NCBI GenBank assembly: GCA_016839555.1 | Contig: JAEOUA010000009.1 | Coordinates: 61,221-125,220, forward strand | Direction: 5' to 3' | Source: Promethearchaeota archaeon | GTDB lineage: Archaea > Asgardarchaeota > Lokiarchaeia > Sigyniarchaeales > SOKP01 | Length of the DNA stretch: 64,000 nt | Shown here: piece after piece, positions 28,667 to 42,741 of the stretch | Layout of the letters: every line of letters begins with the position of its first letter | Position numbering within the stretch: position 1 is the first letter of the stretch | The notes under the pieces: generated by a model | What the model was told of the DNA's origin: nothing | What the model saw: only the letters and a program-made list of their open reading frames with translations | The model's database searches: none | Translations under genes and position numbers: made by a program

Positions 28667-29698
28667 TTAGACTTTATATTTCTGGAGCTTTATAATTTCA
28701 TAGACATTTTCCGCTATCGATGCAATCAGAATAACTGTTAAGACTATCATTGTAATTGAAAATGAACTTATAATGAGTTCTGGAATATCAGAGGCAATGA
28801 AATTTGTTCCTTCCCAATAACCAACGGGGAATAAATATGGATTTAATATTAGAATAACACATAATGGAACTGCCAGTATTTTTAGGACAATCGTGATTCC
28901 TTGGATATTTTGATGTATCAAAACCCGGGTATTCCCTAAGAGTCCACGAATAATAGTAGTTATAGAATCAAGGAGTATCAAAACACCAAATAAGAGCAAA
29001 ATAATGCGAAATTCATATTCCATTGCTGAGAAAAATCCAGGAATCAATTGAGTGATAAGGATCATTGCAATTACCATACTTATAGCTCCTCCAATAAATT
29101 TCTCAATTGGTTTTACAAATGGTTTAAGTTGTTCACCGGTTTTGGGAGAGATGGGTAATCCTATTTGTTTACCTTTTTGACGCAATTTTTCCTCTGTTTG
29201 GTGCTCTTTTCTTGACTTGAAATCTTCTGGAAAATATCCCTCCATTGAAAGGACTACAAATATAGCGGTAATGATTAAAAATGCGCTAGCAAATGACGTG
29301 TAATACTGGATGTAATTCGCCGCCTCCTCAAAATTCCCAGTAAAAAGGTTAAAAAGAATCGAAAAGGTTGTGATTGCCGCTAATATCGGAAATACTATGT
29401 ATAAAACTTTCTTATATACTGGCCAAAGTTCTTTAGTTATATAAATATATGGGGTTCCTCTTTTTTTATATTCTTTCGCAATGCTGCTAGGACTCCCCAA
29501 ATGAGCAATTGCTAAGCGAGCAGATTGGGGAGTAGGGGTTCCGATATCTGATAATTCTTCAGCCTTATTTCTCAAATGATCCTCAAGCTCCCCTAAAACT
29601 CCTTCTAATTCTTCCTTGTCATCCGTTAACCAATCTGGCAACTTCTCTTTTATGTTATTAAGATAATTTTCAAAAATATTTTCTACTTCATCTTCCAT
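28667..29698 (-). CDS. PadR-associated membrane protein with N-terminal helical (HAAS-like) domain
   Basis: YL..I...EL.DHL...AIAHLGSP..IAKEY followed by about 6 TM helices. Coupled to the PadR gene. Confidence 0.8.
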   Translation of the reverse strand: MEDEVENIFENYLNNIKEKLPDWLTDDKEELEGVLGELEDHLRNKAEELSDIGTPTPQSARLAIAHLGSPSSIAKEYKKRGTPYIYITKELWPVYKKVLYIVFPILAAITTFSILFNLFTGNFEEAANYIQYYTSFASAFLIITAIFVVLSMEGYFPEDFKSRKEHQTEEKLRQKGKQIGLPISPKTGEQLKPFVKPIEKFIGGAISMVIAMILITQLIPGFFSAMEYEFRIILLLFGVLILLDSITTIIRGLLGNTRVLIHQNIQGITIVLKILAVPLCVILILNPYLFPVGYWEGTNFIASDIPELIISSFSITMIVLTVILIASIAENVYEIIKLQKYKV

Positions 29699-29699
29699 T

Positions 29700-30233
29700 T
29701 TATTCTTTCCTCCTTTCTTTTAATTCTTGCTCAAGATTATAACCACAAACCGAACAAAATCGTATATCTTCAGTTGCAAGGTCTATTTTATTAGCACACA
29801 TCGGGCAATAGAGATAATTGTTTTTCAGTTCCACCTCAATATCAACTAATTTTGATATTGCTTTTGTAAGTTTAGAATAATAGCCCGTGAGATAATTTAA
29901 AATTTTTTTTCCGTCCTCAGTTAAAAAATAATATTTTCTACGCCTTCCCGTAGTCTGTTTTCTTGAGTTTATCACACCATCCCTTTCGAGGTTCTTTAAT
30001 AGTGGATACAAAGTTCCCTCTTCTATTATGAGCATTTCGTTAGTTTCTTCTTGAAGTACTTTAAGGATTTTATATCCATAGATACCTTTTTGTGCATAGC
30101 AACTAATAATTGATAAAACACATAAAGTACTAATACCTCGATTAATCTCTGACTCAAATTTTTCAAAGAATTCCCTGAATTTTGGAGAGGCTATATCTGC
30201 ATCAGGTCGTAATTCTTTAACTCTTTTTATCAT
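29700..30233 (-). CDS. PadR-family regulator with C-terminal zinc ribbon
   Basis: YGYKI, EGTLYPLLK.LE and RRRKYY.LT..G motifs, then CPMC...CSVC. Confidence 0.9.
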   Translation of the reverse strand: MIKRVKELRPDADIASPKFREFFEKFESEINRGISTLCVLSIISCYAQKGIYGYKILKVLQEETNEMLIIEEGTLYPLLKNLERDGVINSRKQTTGRRRKYYFLTEDGKKILNYLTGYYSKLTKAISKLVDIEVELKNNYLYCPMCANKIDLATEDIRFCSVCGYNLEQELKERRKE

Positions 30234-30283
30234 GGTTATTTCATCTCATTTTTTAGTTTTTATATTATCAATTGTATTGGTCC

Positions 30284-30348
30284 CATACTATTCATGATAA
30301 TGTATGCTCACCAATACTATGATACTCAAGGCATTGATCATATTTAAA
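30284..30348 (-). promoter_or_regulatory. TATA box with two tandem 23-bp operator-like palindromes upstream of padR
   Basis: CATAC-N13-GTATG (30284-30306) and AATAC-N13-GCATT (30313-30335). TTTAAATA on the minus strand at 30341-30348, preceded by an A-run. Confidence 0.55.
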
Positions 30349-30565
30349 TTTTTTGATCTAAAAAAATGAAAAATGAATCTTTATGCTGTTTATTTCTTTT
30401 TAAATGATATTATGACCATTTAAGATTATAAAATTCAATCGATTAAAACAAAAAATAGCAAAGCATTAATTTTTAGGCAAAACCCAACACAAATATTTTA
30501 ATAGAAGCCTCTATTTAAATCAAATATATATAAATTTATATTTAATTATTTAAAAGGTAATAAGA

Positions 30566-31222
30566 ATGGTAATTGAACTTGAAAACGACAAAATCCCTTT
30601 CTCAAAACAATATGTAGCTTTAGCAATCCTTCTATTAAATATAATTGTATATATATTGCAGTATTTAGATCCTGCTGGAAATATGTTATTAGACGGATTC
30701 GCTTTTACTCCTTCAGAATTTTTTGCGGGAAAAGAATGGTGGACTTTGATTACTTCGATGTTTATGCATGCCAACCCAGTTCACATCATTATGAATATGT
30801 GGTTCTATTATGTTGTCGCAGATAATTGTGAATTTGAGATGGGACATGCTTGGTTTTTTGTTACATATATTGTTTCTGGAATAGTTGGAACATTATTGCA
30901 TGGATTAACTTCATTCATTATACCTGCATTTTATAACATTCCTACTCTGGGTGCATCTGGAGCCATATATGGATTAATTGCAGTCTATGCAATTCTATTT
31001 CCTAATATAAAATTGCAGATAATTACCAGTAGAGTTCCTCGCAAAATAAATGCTCGCACTTTTGGTATAATATATTTTATAACAGAATTGTCATTAGGAT
31101 TAGCAACATTTACGCTTATTTCAGACAGTACTGCCCATTTCGCTCATATAGGTGGGTTTATTGCAGGAGCTGTATTTGCAGGAGCTTATAAAATTGTAAA
31201 GAAGATAAAAAAAAAGGACTAA
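30566..31222 (+). CDS. Rhomboid intramembrane serine protease
   Basis: SMFMHA..HIIMNM, GASGA and AHIGG motifs. Confidence 0.93.
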   Translation: MVIELENDKIPFSKQYVALAILLLNIIVYILQYLDPAGNMLLDGFAFTPSEFFAGKEWWTLITSMFMHANPVHIIMNMWFYYVVADNCEFEMGHAWFFVTYIVSGIVGTLLHGLTSFIIPAFYNIPTLGASGAIYGLIAVYAILFPNIKLQIITSRVPRKINARTFGIIYFITELSLGLATFTLISDSTAHFAHIGGFIAGAVFAGAYKIVKKIKKKD

Positions 31223-31441
31223 ATAATAATATAACTTAATTTCTCTCTTTTTTTTGTTTAAAATTTTATATGAATTCTGCAGTATTATCCAATTAGCTTT
31301 AAATCTATTTTTGTAAAGCATTAATATTAGTTAGAACATCTTAATTATAATTTTAGAGATGTTTTTAAATATAGTCCATAACATAATATTAACATTTTCT
31401 TGCCATATTGATTAAAAATTTCAATGAAATGAGAAAAATTC

Positions 31442-32674
31442 ATGTCTATTTCAACATATTCTAATGAAATTAAATATATTCAGCAAGATGATGAATTTGA
31501 CTATTTGAAAAGCTTAATAGAATCTCTTGACAAGGGAAAAAGTATTGGGATATTATTATACGGTGCACCTGGTACTGGGAAAACATTATTATCTATTACA
31601 CTTGCTAAGAGCTTGAATGCTTCTTATTATTTCATAGATGGATCACCAGATTTAGATAGAAGAGATCTAGAAGGAAACTGGGAACTTAGGAAGGGATATA
31701 CCAAATTTAATTATGGACCTTTGACCAGAGCAATTAAAGATGCAAATGAAAAGGGACTTTCATTTATTATAATAAATGAAATAAATGCAATAAGAGAAAG
31801 TGAGCAAATTTCATTAAATTCGCTTCTATCTGAGAACCATATTAATCTCATCTCAAAAGGTTTTGAACGCCATGAATTAAGTCCAAATGCTAAATTAGTT
31901 ATAATTGGTACTATGAATAAGGGAGTTGTGGGCATCAATAAACTGCAAGAGGCATTTGGAGATAGATTTCTCATATGTCCTGAAATTACTTATCCCAATA
32001 AAAAAAAAGAAATTGAAATTGCAACAAAAATTACTAACTGTAAAAAAGAGATTGCTGAATTAGTGGTTGACGCAGCCCAACAAATACGGAAGCAAGCAAC
32101 GGAAGATTTCTCCATATCTAAACTTTTCTCTACTCGCTTGGTGGTCAATTTTTGTCTATTAATCTCAAAAATGCCAGCAAAATTTTTAGCACATAACATC
32201 CAAAATTGTATTATTAATAAATTAGGAGAAACAGTGGAAGAGAGAAAAAGCATTGCGATGATTCTTGATGGAAAGATGTTTAAAGAAAAGCTTGGGAAAG
32301 TATTAGGTTATTCAGAGAGAAAAATGAAGCACCAGGAAGAAACAATACCAGTGGAAGAAGTGGGTAAAATTACTGAGAAGATGAGAAAAGCAATTAATGA
32401 ATACATTGAAAATTGCGGACCAAATCAAATATTTAAAAGGAATGGAGAAATTATGTGGAAATTCTTCCAATGGCTTTGGAATAATAATCGGTTTATTCTC
32501 AGAAATTATTTTAGATTGACAGAAAAAAATAATTATCATATGCAATATAAAAAAGCAATGGGAAAAAGTCATGATTATCGAGGAAAAATTACACTAAGGT
32601 ACATTAAATGGGTTTATAGAAACAAAAATTATGATTTAGTGATCTTTATGAAACGATTTTATCCCGTTTTTTAA
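31442..32674 (+). CDS. MoxR/CbbQ-like AAA+ ATPase with C-terminal extension
   Basis: GAPGTGKT, Walker B variant IIINEIN, TMN, DRF and STR motifs. Confidence 0.88.
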   Translation: MSISTYSNEIKYIQQDDEFDYLKSLIESLDKGKSIGILLYGAPGTGKTLLSITLAKSLNASYYFIDGSPDLDRRDLEGNWELRKGYTKFNYGPLTRAIKDANEKGLSFIIINEINAIRESEQISLNSLLSENHINLISKGFERHELSPNAKLVIIGTMNKGVVGINKLQEAFGDRFLICPEITYPNKKKEIEIATKITNCKKEIAELVVDAAQQIRKQATEDFSISKLFSTRLVVNFCLLISKMPAKFLAHNIQNCIINKLGETVEERKSIAMILDGKMFKEKLGKVLGYSERKMKHQEETIPVEEVGKITEKMRKAINEYIENCGPNQIFKRNGEIMWKFFQWLWNNNRFILRNYFRLTEKNNYHMQYKKAMGKSHDYRGKITLRYIKWVYRNKNYDLVIFMKRFYPVF

Positions 32675-32702
32675 ATTTTTTTTTTATTTATTAGAGCAAG
32701 AG

Positions 32703-35270
32703 GTGGGTAAAATACCAAATTTATTTGAATATTATGAGCGAGATATAAATTCTGATGTATTAGCCCTAATCAATACTGGAAAAAGAATTAGTGGGAAAAA
32801 GAATTTAATGATAAAATTTAATAATACTCATAGTCCAGTTTATACCGACGGTTATTGTATTTATTTACCAAAATTTTGTGAGGAAAAAATAAAACCAGCC
32901 CAAGGATTTGTCGCTCATGAGAGCGGGCATATTGGATACGGATCCTTCGAAATTGGATTTTTAAAATTAATGGAATTAATATCAAAAAAATATAAAATTC
33001 CTATTCCAATTGTAAAAGACCTTACTAATGTATTAGAGGATGTCCGAATAAATACTATCAACAAAAAGCAATTTCCTGGATTCTATAAAAATTTAAGGGA
33101 TTATACTTTGGAAGTTTTACCTCAAATTATTTCACGAATGAAAAGGTATGAAGATCTATTTATTTATCTAAATTTATTTATGGAGGATTATTCCAATTTT
33201 CAGAAAAAACCAAACTTTAATTCAATTAATTTAACAGATAAAGATTGGGAAAAAATTTGCGTATTAAAATCATTTCTTTTAAAAGCATTAACACCGAATG
33301 CTACAATTATTGCGTTAGATCAAATCTGCAAATTACTTAAAAAATATATCGTTATTCCTGAGAAGAGAAATCTAAATTTACCGTCAAATACTGTAGTCGT
33401 ATCAGATATACCCAGGAGAGGGATAATCTCACCCTTTAGATCTAATGAAAAATTTTCAAAAGATGTTATAATACTCACTGCTGTAGAAGATTTTATAGAC
33501 GAAAGGATTAACAAAAAGCCAACATCTATTAGTAAAACAAGTGAAGAGATGATGAAAAAAATTAATAATATGGATTTATCTATTGATGATATAAAAGCTT
33601 TAACTAATCAAATCGATAAGATTGAGAAACAAAATAATCCTTCGGATACAAATGATATAGAAACAACAATAGGTAAAAAAATAAATGATTTGACCCCCAA
33701 AGGTCAAAAAAAAGGGAATAAAATTGATGAGATTATAAAAGATTTACAAAGTTTGCAAGATAGCGGCGAAAAATCCTTTGAAAAACAAAATAAAAAAAAC
33801 GAAATTGTTAAAAATTTAAAGGATTATTGTAAAAAAAAACAAAAATTAGAGACAAAAGAAATTAATAAAATAAAAGAAGATATACAACAAGTAAATAATA
33901 TTATTGAAGATTTAGAGGATCTAAAGAATCCTACAGAAATTCATGAAAATAAGGAAAAAAAGAATAAAATTCGTAAAAAAATTACGGAATATTTAAAAAA
34001 AGTAGATAGTGACAAATCAAAAACTAAACAAGAGAAAGAGGACTTAAGAGAGGTATTTGGGGATCTTTTTAAAAGTATTGAAGAAGAGAAAGAATCGGAT
34101 AAAAATCAAAAGAAACGTTCAGAGATAATAGAGAAGTTGAAAAAAACATCTGTAAAAAAAGAAAAAGAACTCCAGCGTAAAAGCAAAGATTTAAATCACG
34201 AAATAAATGAAATAAACGATATAATCAATGATATAGAAAATATAGATTATAGTGCCAAAGATCCTAATAATAAAAAGCAAAAAGAAAACGCATTATCCAA
34301 ATTAAAGACTTTAAATAATAAAATTAAAAAATTTCAAAAAAATGAAAATGGCGATAATCCTTATGATTCTGTGAATAAGGATTTATTAGGGAAATTAGTT
34401 ATAGATATAACCAAGGCGAAAGAAGAATTAAGGAAGCGTATAGCAAAAATCGGACTGGGAATTTGGTCTTTAGACCCTGCATTTGCCGATATAAAAAGAG
34501 ATTTAATTGAAACCAAAATAGAACAAGAAGATATGATTCCTATTAAATTAACCTATAACCAAATCATCGAGAATTATAAAGCGATAATTACAAAAATGAA
34601 ACTGATTTTTAATAATTTAAAACCTACCAGTGAGTTTGATAATTATCAAAAACTTGGAAGACTAAATAAAAATTTCATTAAAACCGTTACTTCTAATTAT
34701 CAGTTTAAGAATTGTTTCACCAGAAAGATACGGCACAAACTTTTGCGCATAATCTTACTCGTAGATATTAGCGGGAGTATGAATGGAAAGAAATTAGAAG
34801 CTGCTAAAATAGCTATGATCATACTTGTTGAATCTCTTAAAGAATTGGCAGCTATTAGAATTGTATTATTTACTGGAAATCGTAATGCAAGAAATATTTT
34901 AGTTAAAGATTTTCATGAGCCTTTAGATCCAAAAAAAGTAGATAAAGTTGGATGTCATGAGAAAGATAAAAGTAATTTAGATGGAGTTTCATTGCAGCAG
35001 GAGGCATCTAAAGTACATAATAAAGAAGTATTTATCATAATTTCAGATGGAAAACCTGCGGGACACTTATATGGCCTAAATCAGGCAATGAATCAAGTAC
35101 AAAAAGTACGCAAAACATTTAAGGTATTTGCCTTTTCAATAGATGCCGAAGGGGATCATTTAAATAAGATGTATGGGAAGAATTGGATTTTGGCAAAATC
35201 TTTTAATAAGATAGATTTAAGCCAAAAAATAATGCAATTTTCACGATTAGTTGTTAAAGAATTCTATTAA
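32703..35270 (+). CDS. vWA domain protein with N-terminal HExxH domain and central coiled coil
   Basis: AHESGH...NVLEDVRI, MIDAS motif DISGSM and ISDG. Confidence 0.85.
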   Translation: MGKIPNLFEYYERDINSDVLALINTGKRISGKKNLMIKFNNTHSPVYTDGYCIYLPKFCEEKIKPAQGFVAHESGHIGYGSFEIGFLKLMELISKKYKIPIPIVKDLTNVLEDVRINTINKKQFPGFYKNLRDYTLEVLPQIISRMKRYEDLFIYLNLFMEDYSNFQKKPNFNSINLTDKDWEKICVLKSFLLKALTPNATIIALDQICKLLKKYIVIPEKRNLNLPSNTVVVSDIPRRGIISPFRSNEKFSKDVIILTAVEDFIDERINKKPTSISKTSEEMMKKINNMDLSIDDIKALTNQIDKIEKQNNPSDTNDIETTIGKKINDLTPKGQKKGNKIDEIIKDLQSLQDSGEKSFEKQNKKNEIVKNLKDYCKKKQKLETKEINKIKEDIQQVNNIIEDLEDLKNPTEIHENKEKKNKIRKKITEYLKKVDSDKSKTKQEKEDLREVFGDLFKSIEEEKESDKNQKKRSEIIEKLKKTSVKKEKELQRKSKDLNHEINEINDIINDIENIDYSAKDPNNKKQKENALSKLKTLNNKIKKFQKNENGDNPYDSVNKDLLGKLVIDITKAKEELRKRIAKIGLGIWSLDPAFADIKRDLIETKIEQEDMIPIKLTYNQIIENYKAIITKMKLIFNNLKPTSEFDNYQKLGRLNKNFIKTVTSNYQFKNCFTRKIRHKLLRIILLVDISGSMNGKKLEAAKIAMIILVESLKELAAIRIVLFTGNRNARNILVKDFHEPLDPKKVDKVGCHEKDKSNLDGVSLQQEASKVHNKEVFIIISDGKPAGHLYGLNQAMNQVQKVRKTFKVFAFSIDAEGDHLNKMYGKNWILAKSFNKIDLSQKIMQFSRLVVKEFY

Positions 35271-35355
35271 TCCACATAAAAAATGTGGAAATATAAATAT
35301 ATTAATTCTGATTTTTATAAAATAAAAAATATTCTAATAAATTTCAAATAATCTC

Positions 35356-36273
35356 TTGATAGAGTCAATTGATAAAAGGTTCATAAGAAAAGGCAAGTAT
35401 CAGAAAAAGTGTAATAAAAAAGTGAGTCAATGCCTTACCTGTGAAAGAAAATGCAAAATTAAGGAAGGTGAAATTGGACATTGTGGGACACGAATAAATT
35501 ATGAAGGTGATATATATACAATTGTGTATGGATGCATCCCCGCCGAATCTTGCAATCCTATAGAAAAGAAACCTCTTTATACTTTTCATCCAGGTACGAC
35601 TGCTTTCACAGTGGGCACCTATGGATGCAATTTTGATTGCTTTTGGTGTCAAAATTGGCATTTATCGCATCCCAACCCTTCCACTATAGAACAAGTGAAA
35701 AAATCGAAGGATTATCTTTCCCCTGAAAATTTAATTAGGAAGGCAATACGAAATAATTGTGAGGGAACTTCAATCTCTTTTAATGAACCTACTTTATTAT
35801 TTGAATATTCTCTTGATGTTTTTGATTTAGCTAAAAAAAACGATTTGTACAATACCTATGTATCGAATGGGTATATGACAAAAAAAGTAATTAATGATTT
35901 AATCGAACACGGTCTTGATGCGATAAATATCGATATTAAAGGAGATTCAGAAATGGTACGAAATTATTGCGGTACGGATGTTGAAAAGGTATGGCGAAAC
36001 GCAAAATGTTTTATTGAAAATGATGTGCATGTTGAAATAACAACCCTTTTAATAAAAGATTTGAATACTGATGTGGAGATTATAGCAAATATAGCGAATC
36101 GTATTAAAGAGCAATTGGGCGCTTCCATTCCTTTACATTTAACCAGAGCATTTCCTAGATATAAGTCTAAAAACCATGGCTTTACCGAACCCACTCCTCT
36201 AAAATATCTTTATCGAGCACTTTTGATAGCAAAAAAAGAGGGCTTAGAAACTGTTTATTTAGGAAATATATAA
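35356..36273 (+). CDS. AmmeMemoRadiSam-type radical SAM enzyme
   Basis: C..C...C....G.CGTR.N, PIEKKPLY.F.PG, CNFDCFWCQN, NEP and VYLGN motifs. Confidence 0.88.
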   Translation: MIESIDKRFIRKGKYQKKCNKKVSQCLTCERKCKIKEGEIGHCGTRINYEGDIYTIVYGCIPAESCNPIEKKPLYTFHPGTTAFTVGTYGCNFDCFWCQNWHLSHPNPSTIEQVKKSKDYLSPENLIRKAIRNNCEGTSISFNEPTLLFEYSLDVFDLAKKNDLYNTYVSNGYMTKKVINDLIEHGLDAINIDIKGDSEMVRNYCGTDVEKVWRNAKCFIENDVHVEITTLLIKDLNTDVEIIANIANRIKEQLGASIPLHLTRAFPRYKSKNHGFTEPTPLKYLYRALLIAKKEGLETVYLGNI

Positions 36274-36372
36274 AATTGTTAAAATTAATATATAATATCT
36301 TTTATATTTTAATATCAATATCATATAATAATTGATATATTTCTTAAAAAATTTTGAGAGAGAGGATTACTT

Positions 36373-37206
36373 ATAGAAAAATTTGCGAGTGTAAATGGTA
36401 TAAAGATCTGTTATGAAGACCAAGGAAAAGGAGAGCCAATTATATTAATTCATGGGATAGGCGCTAAAAAAGAAACGTGGATTGCCCAAATAGACAGTTT
36501 AAGTGCTCATTTTCGAGTAATAGCTTTTGATATGAGGGGAGTTGGAAAGTCAGATCGACCTAAAGAACCCTATACAATGAAATTATTGGCAGATGATGTA
36601 AAGGGATTAATGGATTATTTAAATATTAAAAAAGCACATATAATTGGAAGGAGTTTGGGAGGAATGGTCGCCCAGCATTTCGCACTCAATTATCCAGATA
36701 ATCTTCAAAAATTAGTATTATTAACAACAAATCCCCAAATTCCCGATGAAAAGGCAGCGGAATTTATTAAAAATGGAAGAATTGAAGAGATTAAACAACT
36801 AACAGAAGATCCAGAAAAGGCATTTTGGCAAAAATCAAAGCTTTTATTTTATAAAGATTTTAGAAGAAAGATGAAAAGTGATCCTAAAAAGAAATTTTAT
36901 GGCATCTGGTCTGTGGAAGATTTAATAACAGAAAGCAAAAAAGATCCCTCAACTCCTCAAGATATTATAAACCTTTCAAATGCATTAAGATCACACGATA
37001 TTTTAGAGAAACTTCACTTAATAAAAAATGAAACATTATTGATAGCAGGAACACATGACAGACTTACCCCGAAATCTTCTATGATTGAGATTCATAAAAG
37101 AATCCCAAATAGTAAATTACACATAATAGAGAATACAGGGCATTTTCTCCATCTTTCAAGAGCGCCAGAAGTAAATCGATTAATTATCGAGTTTTTGCAA
37201 AATTAA
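36373..37206 (+). CDS. Alpha/beta hydrolase, apparent ATA start
   Basis: The frame extends upstream of the tracked ATG: IEKFASVNGIKICYEDQGKGEPIILIHG. GRSLGG nucleophile elbow, Asp and His present. Confidence 0.85.
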   Translation: MEKFASVNGIKICYEDQGKGEPIILIHGIGAKKETWIAQIDSLSAHFRVIAFDMRGVGKSDRPKEPYTMKLLADDVKGLMDYLNIKKAHIIGRSLGGMVAQHFALNYPDNLQKLVLLTTNPQIPDEKAAEFIKNGRIEEIKQLTEDPEKAFWQKSKLLFYKDFRRKMKSDPKKKFYGIWSVEDLITESKKDPSTPQDIINLSNALRSHDILEKLHLIKNETLLIAGTHDRLTPKSSMIEIHKRIPNSKLHIIENTGHFLHLSRAPEVNRLIIEFLQN

Positions 37207-37247
37207 TTTGTATAACTTTATTATTATTTTTTTCATTGTTTAAAATT

Positions 37248-38087
37248 ATGAGTAAAAAATTTGCTAATGTTAATGGAATAAAAATCTGTTATGAAATCAA
37301 AGGAAAAGGCGAGCCTCTAATATTAGTTCATGGATTCGGAGGTAACAAAGAAGGTTGGATTGCTCAATTTGAACCTTTAGCAGAACATTTTAAGGTAATT
37401 CGATTTGATAATAGAGGGGCGGGGGAATCTGACAGACCAGATATGCCCTATACTATGGAAATATTCGCTGATGATATTGCTGGATTAATGGATTATCTAA
37501 ATATTAAAAAATCACATATAAGTGGATGGAGTCTGGGAGGAATGATTGTCCAGCAATTTGCAATCAAATATCCCGAAAGAATTAATAAAATTGTCCTTAT
37601 TAATACTCTTCCAAAAGGTCCTGGAAATAAAGCAGGAATAAAAATTTACGAACAGAATCAAATTAACGATTATCATAGAAAAATGGAAGATCCTAAAGCT
37701 GCTTTTTTCGAAGGAGCAAGATTGGGTTTTTATCATTCCTTTAGAAAGGAGCTGGAAAAAAATCCTCATAAAAAGCACTATGGCTTATTCTCAGCTGAAG
37801 ATATAATCAAAATTAATGCATTAAACCCTTCAACTCCCCAAGATATTAAGAATCAAGCTCATGCCTTAGAAAACTATGATGTATTTGATAAATTACCTCA
37901 AATTAAGAATGAGACGTTAATTCTCGCTGCTAGCCATGATCGTCTAACTCCTAAAAGTATGAATCAAAAAATTCATGAGCAAATTCCAAATAGTAAACTA
38001 ATTATTATTGAGAAGGCGGGTCATGAATCTCCTCGAGAGAAAACTCCTCAAGTTAATCAATATATTATAGATTTTTTAAAGTCATAA
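37248..38087 (+). CDS. Alpha/beta hydrolase, tandem paralogue of the preceding gene
   Basis: LVHG, DNRGAG, GWSLGG, HDRLTP and AGH motifs. Confidence 0.92.
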   Translation: MSKKFANVNGIKICYEIKGKGEPLILVHGFGGNKEGWIAQFEPLAEHFKVIRFDNRGAGESDRPDMPYTMEIFADDIAGLMDYLNIKKSHISGWSLGGMIVQQFAIKYPERINKIVLINTLPKGPGNKAGIKIYEQNQINDYHRKMEDPKAAFFEGARLGFYHSFRKELEKNPHKKHYGLFSAEDIIKINALNPSTPQDIKNQAHALENYDVFDKLPQIKNETLILAASHDRLTPKSMNQKIHEQIPNSKLIIIEKAGHESPREKTPQVNQYIIDFLKS

Positions 38088-38233
38088 TTACTTTTTATTA
38101 ATTTTCTTTTTTCTAATATCTATAAAATTTGGAACTCTCCTTATTGAATATTAATATCAAATTTTAAAGTGAATTAATATTTCACTTATCACTAAATAAA
38201 AACTTAAAATTTAATAAAATAGTGGATTAGGGA

Positions 38234-39493
38234 TTGACTGAAGTTAAAACATCACGCTGGAAAGATCACAAAGTAGGTAAACTATTTGATTATCCTCGGC
38301 TTTTTCCTCTCTGGATGGCGGTATTTATCGACATTTTAGGATTTTATTTCATCCTACCATTTTTACCAAATTTTATAACTCAATTTAACACAACTCCATT
38401 GGTTGTTGGAATAATTATTGCTGTTAATGCCATCTTTACCTTCTTTTTTGCTCCTGTCTGGGGGAGACTTAGCGATTCTTACGGAAGAAAACCAATGCTC
38501 TTAATCTCTCAATTTGGCACAATGTTTGCGTTTCTTATTTTAGCATTTTCAGATTCTATTATGTTAATTTTTATTTCAAGAATGGTAGATGGGATATTTG
38601 GTGGTAACTTTCCTCTTGCTAAAGCTGTTATTAGCGATGTTGTACCTCCAAAAGATCGTGGTACGCAAATGACTAACATAGGAGTTGCTCATGTACTGTC
38701 ATCTCTGATAGGTCCAGGCATAGGAGGCATATTATATTCATTTGGAGGGATCTTACTTTCTGGTCTCCTTGCTGCTTCATTATCTTTTTTTACAATAGTT
38801 ATAACAGCCATATTATTAGAGGAATCATGGCAGAAGTGGAAACGAGAAAAAGAAAGAATTGAGCCAAAGGAAAAAGTAAAAATATCAAAAAACTCTCTGG
38901 CAATGTATTTTCTTGTGTTATGGGGATTTCATACGATTTCTTTTACAATGTATGTTTCGAATATTTCTCAATATCTTGGGATCATTGTGGGTCTTGTTGC
39001 CCTTGAAATTGGAATAATTTTAACAATTTCAGGAGTATTCAGAGCAGTAACTCGGTTTACATTATTTAAACCTATGTTAAGAAGATTCGGTGAGAAAATT
39101 ATGATTATAATGGGGTTAACTTTATTCATTATAACATTTTTCTTTGTTGGATTCACAATTAATCCGATAATTATCGTTACTTTATCAATCCTCATAAGTT
39201 TTGCCGCAGCATCAGTTAGAGGTAATATGCTAAGCTTAATATCTCAATCTGTTAGTCCTAAAATTCAAGGTCGGATTAATAGTTATACTACATCTCTAGA
39301 TTCTGTTGCACAAATTATTGGGCCGATTATTGGAGGTGTCATTTTCGATTTAAGTGTGGTAAATATTATTGATCCTTATTGGTGGGGCGTATTAATGAGT
39401 ATATTTGGTGGGATTGCTTTAATTTTGTTTTGTAATAAATTTAGAAGCAATAAATCATCTAAATCTCAAGGAATAGATAACTTATTTATATAA
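38234..39493 (+). CDS. MFS transporter (TetA/DHA1-like)
   Basis: GRLSDSYGRKP motif A and about 12 TM helices. Confidence 0.92.
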   Translation: MTEVKTSRWKDHKVGKLFDYPRLFPLWMAVFIDILGFYFILPFLPNFITQFNTTPLVVGIIIAVNAIFTFFFAPVWGRLSDSYGRKPMLLISQFGTMFAFLILAFSDSIMLIFISRMVDGIFGGNFPLAKAVISDVVPPKDRGTQMTNIGVAHVLSSLIGPGIGGILYSFGGILLSGLLAASLSFFTIVITAILLEESWQKWKREKERIEPKEKVKISKNSLAMYFLVLWGFHTISFTMYVSNISQYLGIIVGLVALEIGIILTISGVFRAVTRFTLFKPMLRRFGEKIMIIMGLTLFIITFFFVGFTINPIIIVTLSILISFAAASVRGNMLSLISQSVSPKIQGRINSYTTSLDSVAQIIGPIIGGVIFDLSVVNIIDPYWWGVLMSIFGGIALILFCNKFRSNKSSKSQGIDNLFI

Positions 39494-39552
39494 TATATTA
39501 AATTCTATTCAATTTCTTACATTTTCATAAATAATACGAAATTATTATATAA

Positions 39553-42708
<3,156 letters not shown>

Positions 42709-42741
42709 AAAACTAAAATTTATCCAAACAAATTTTTTCTT

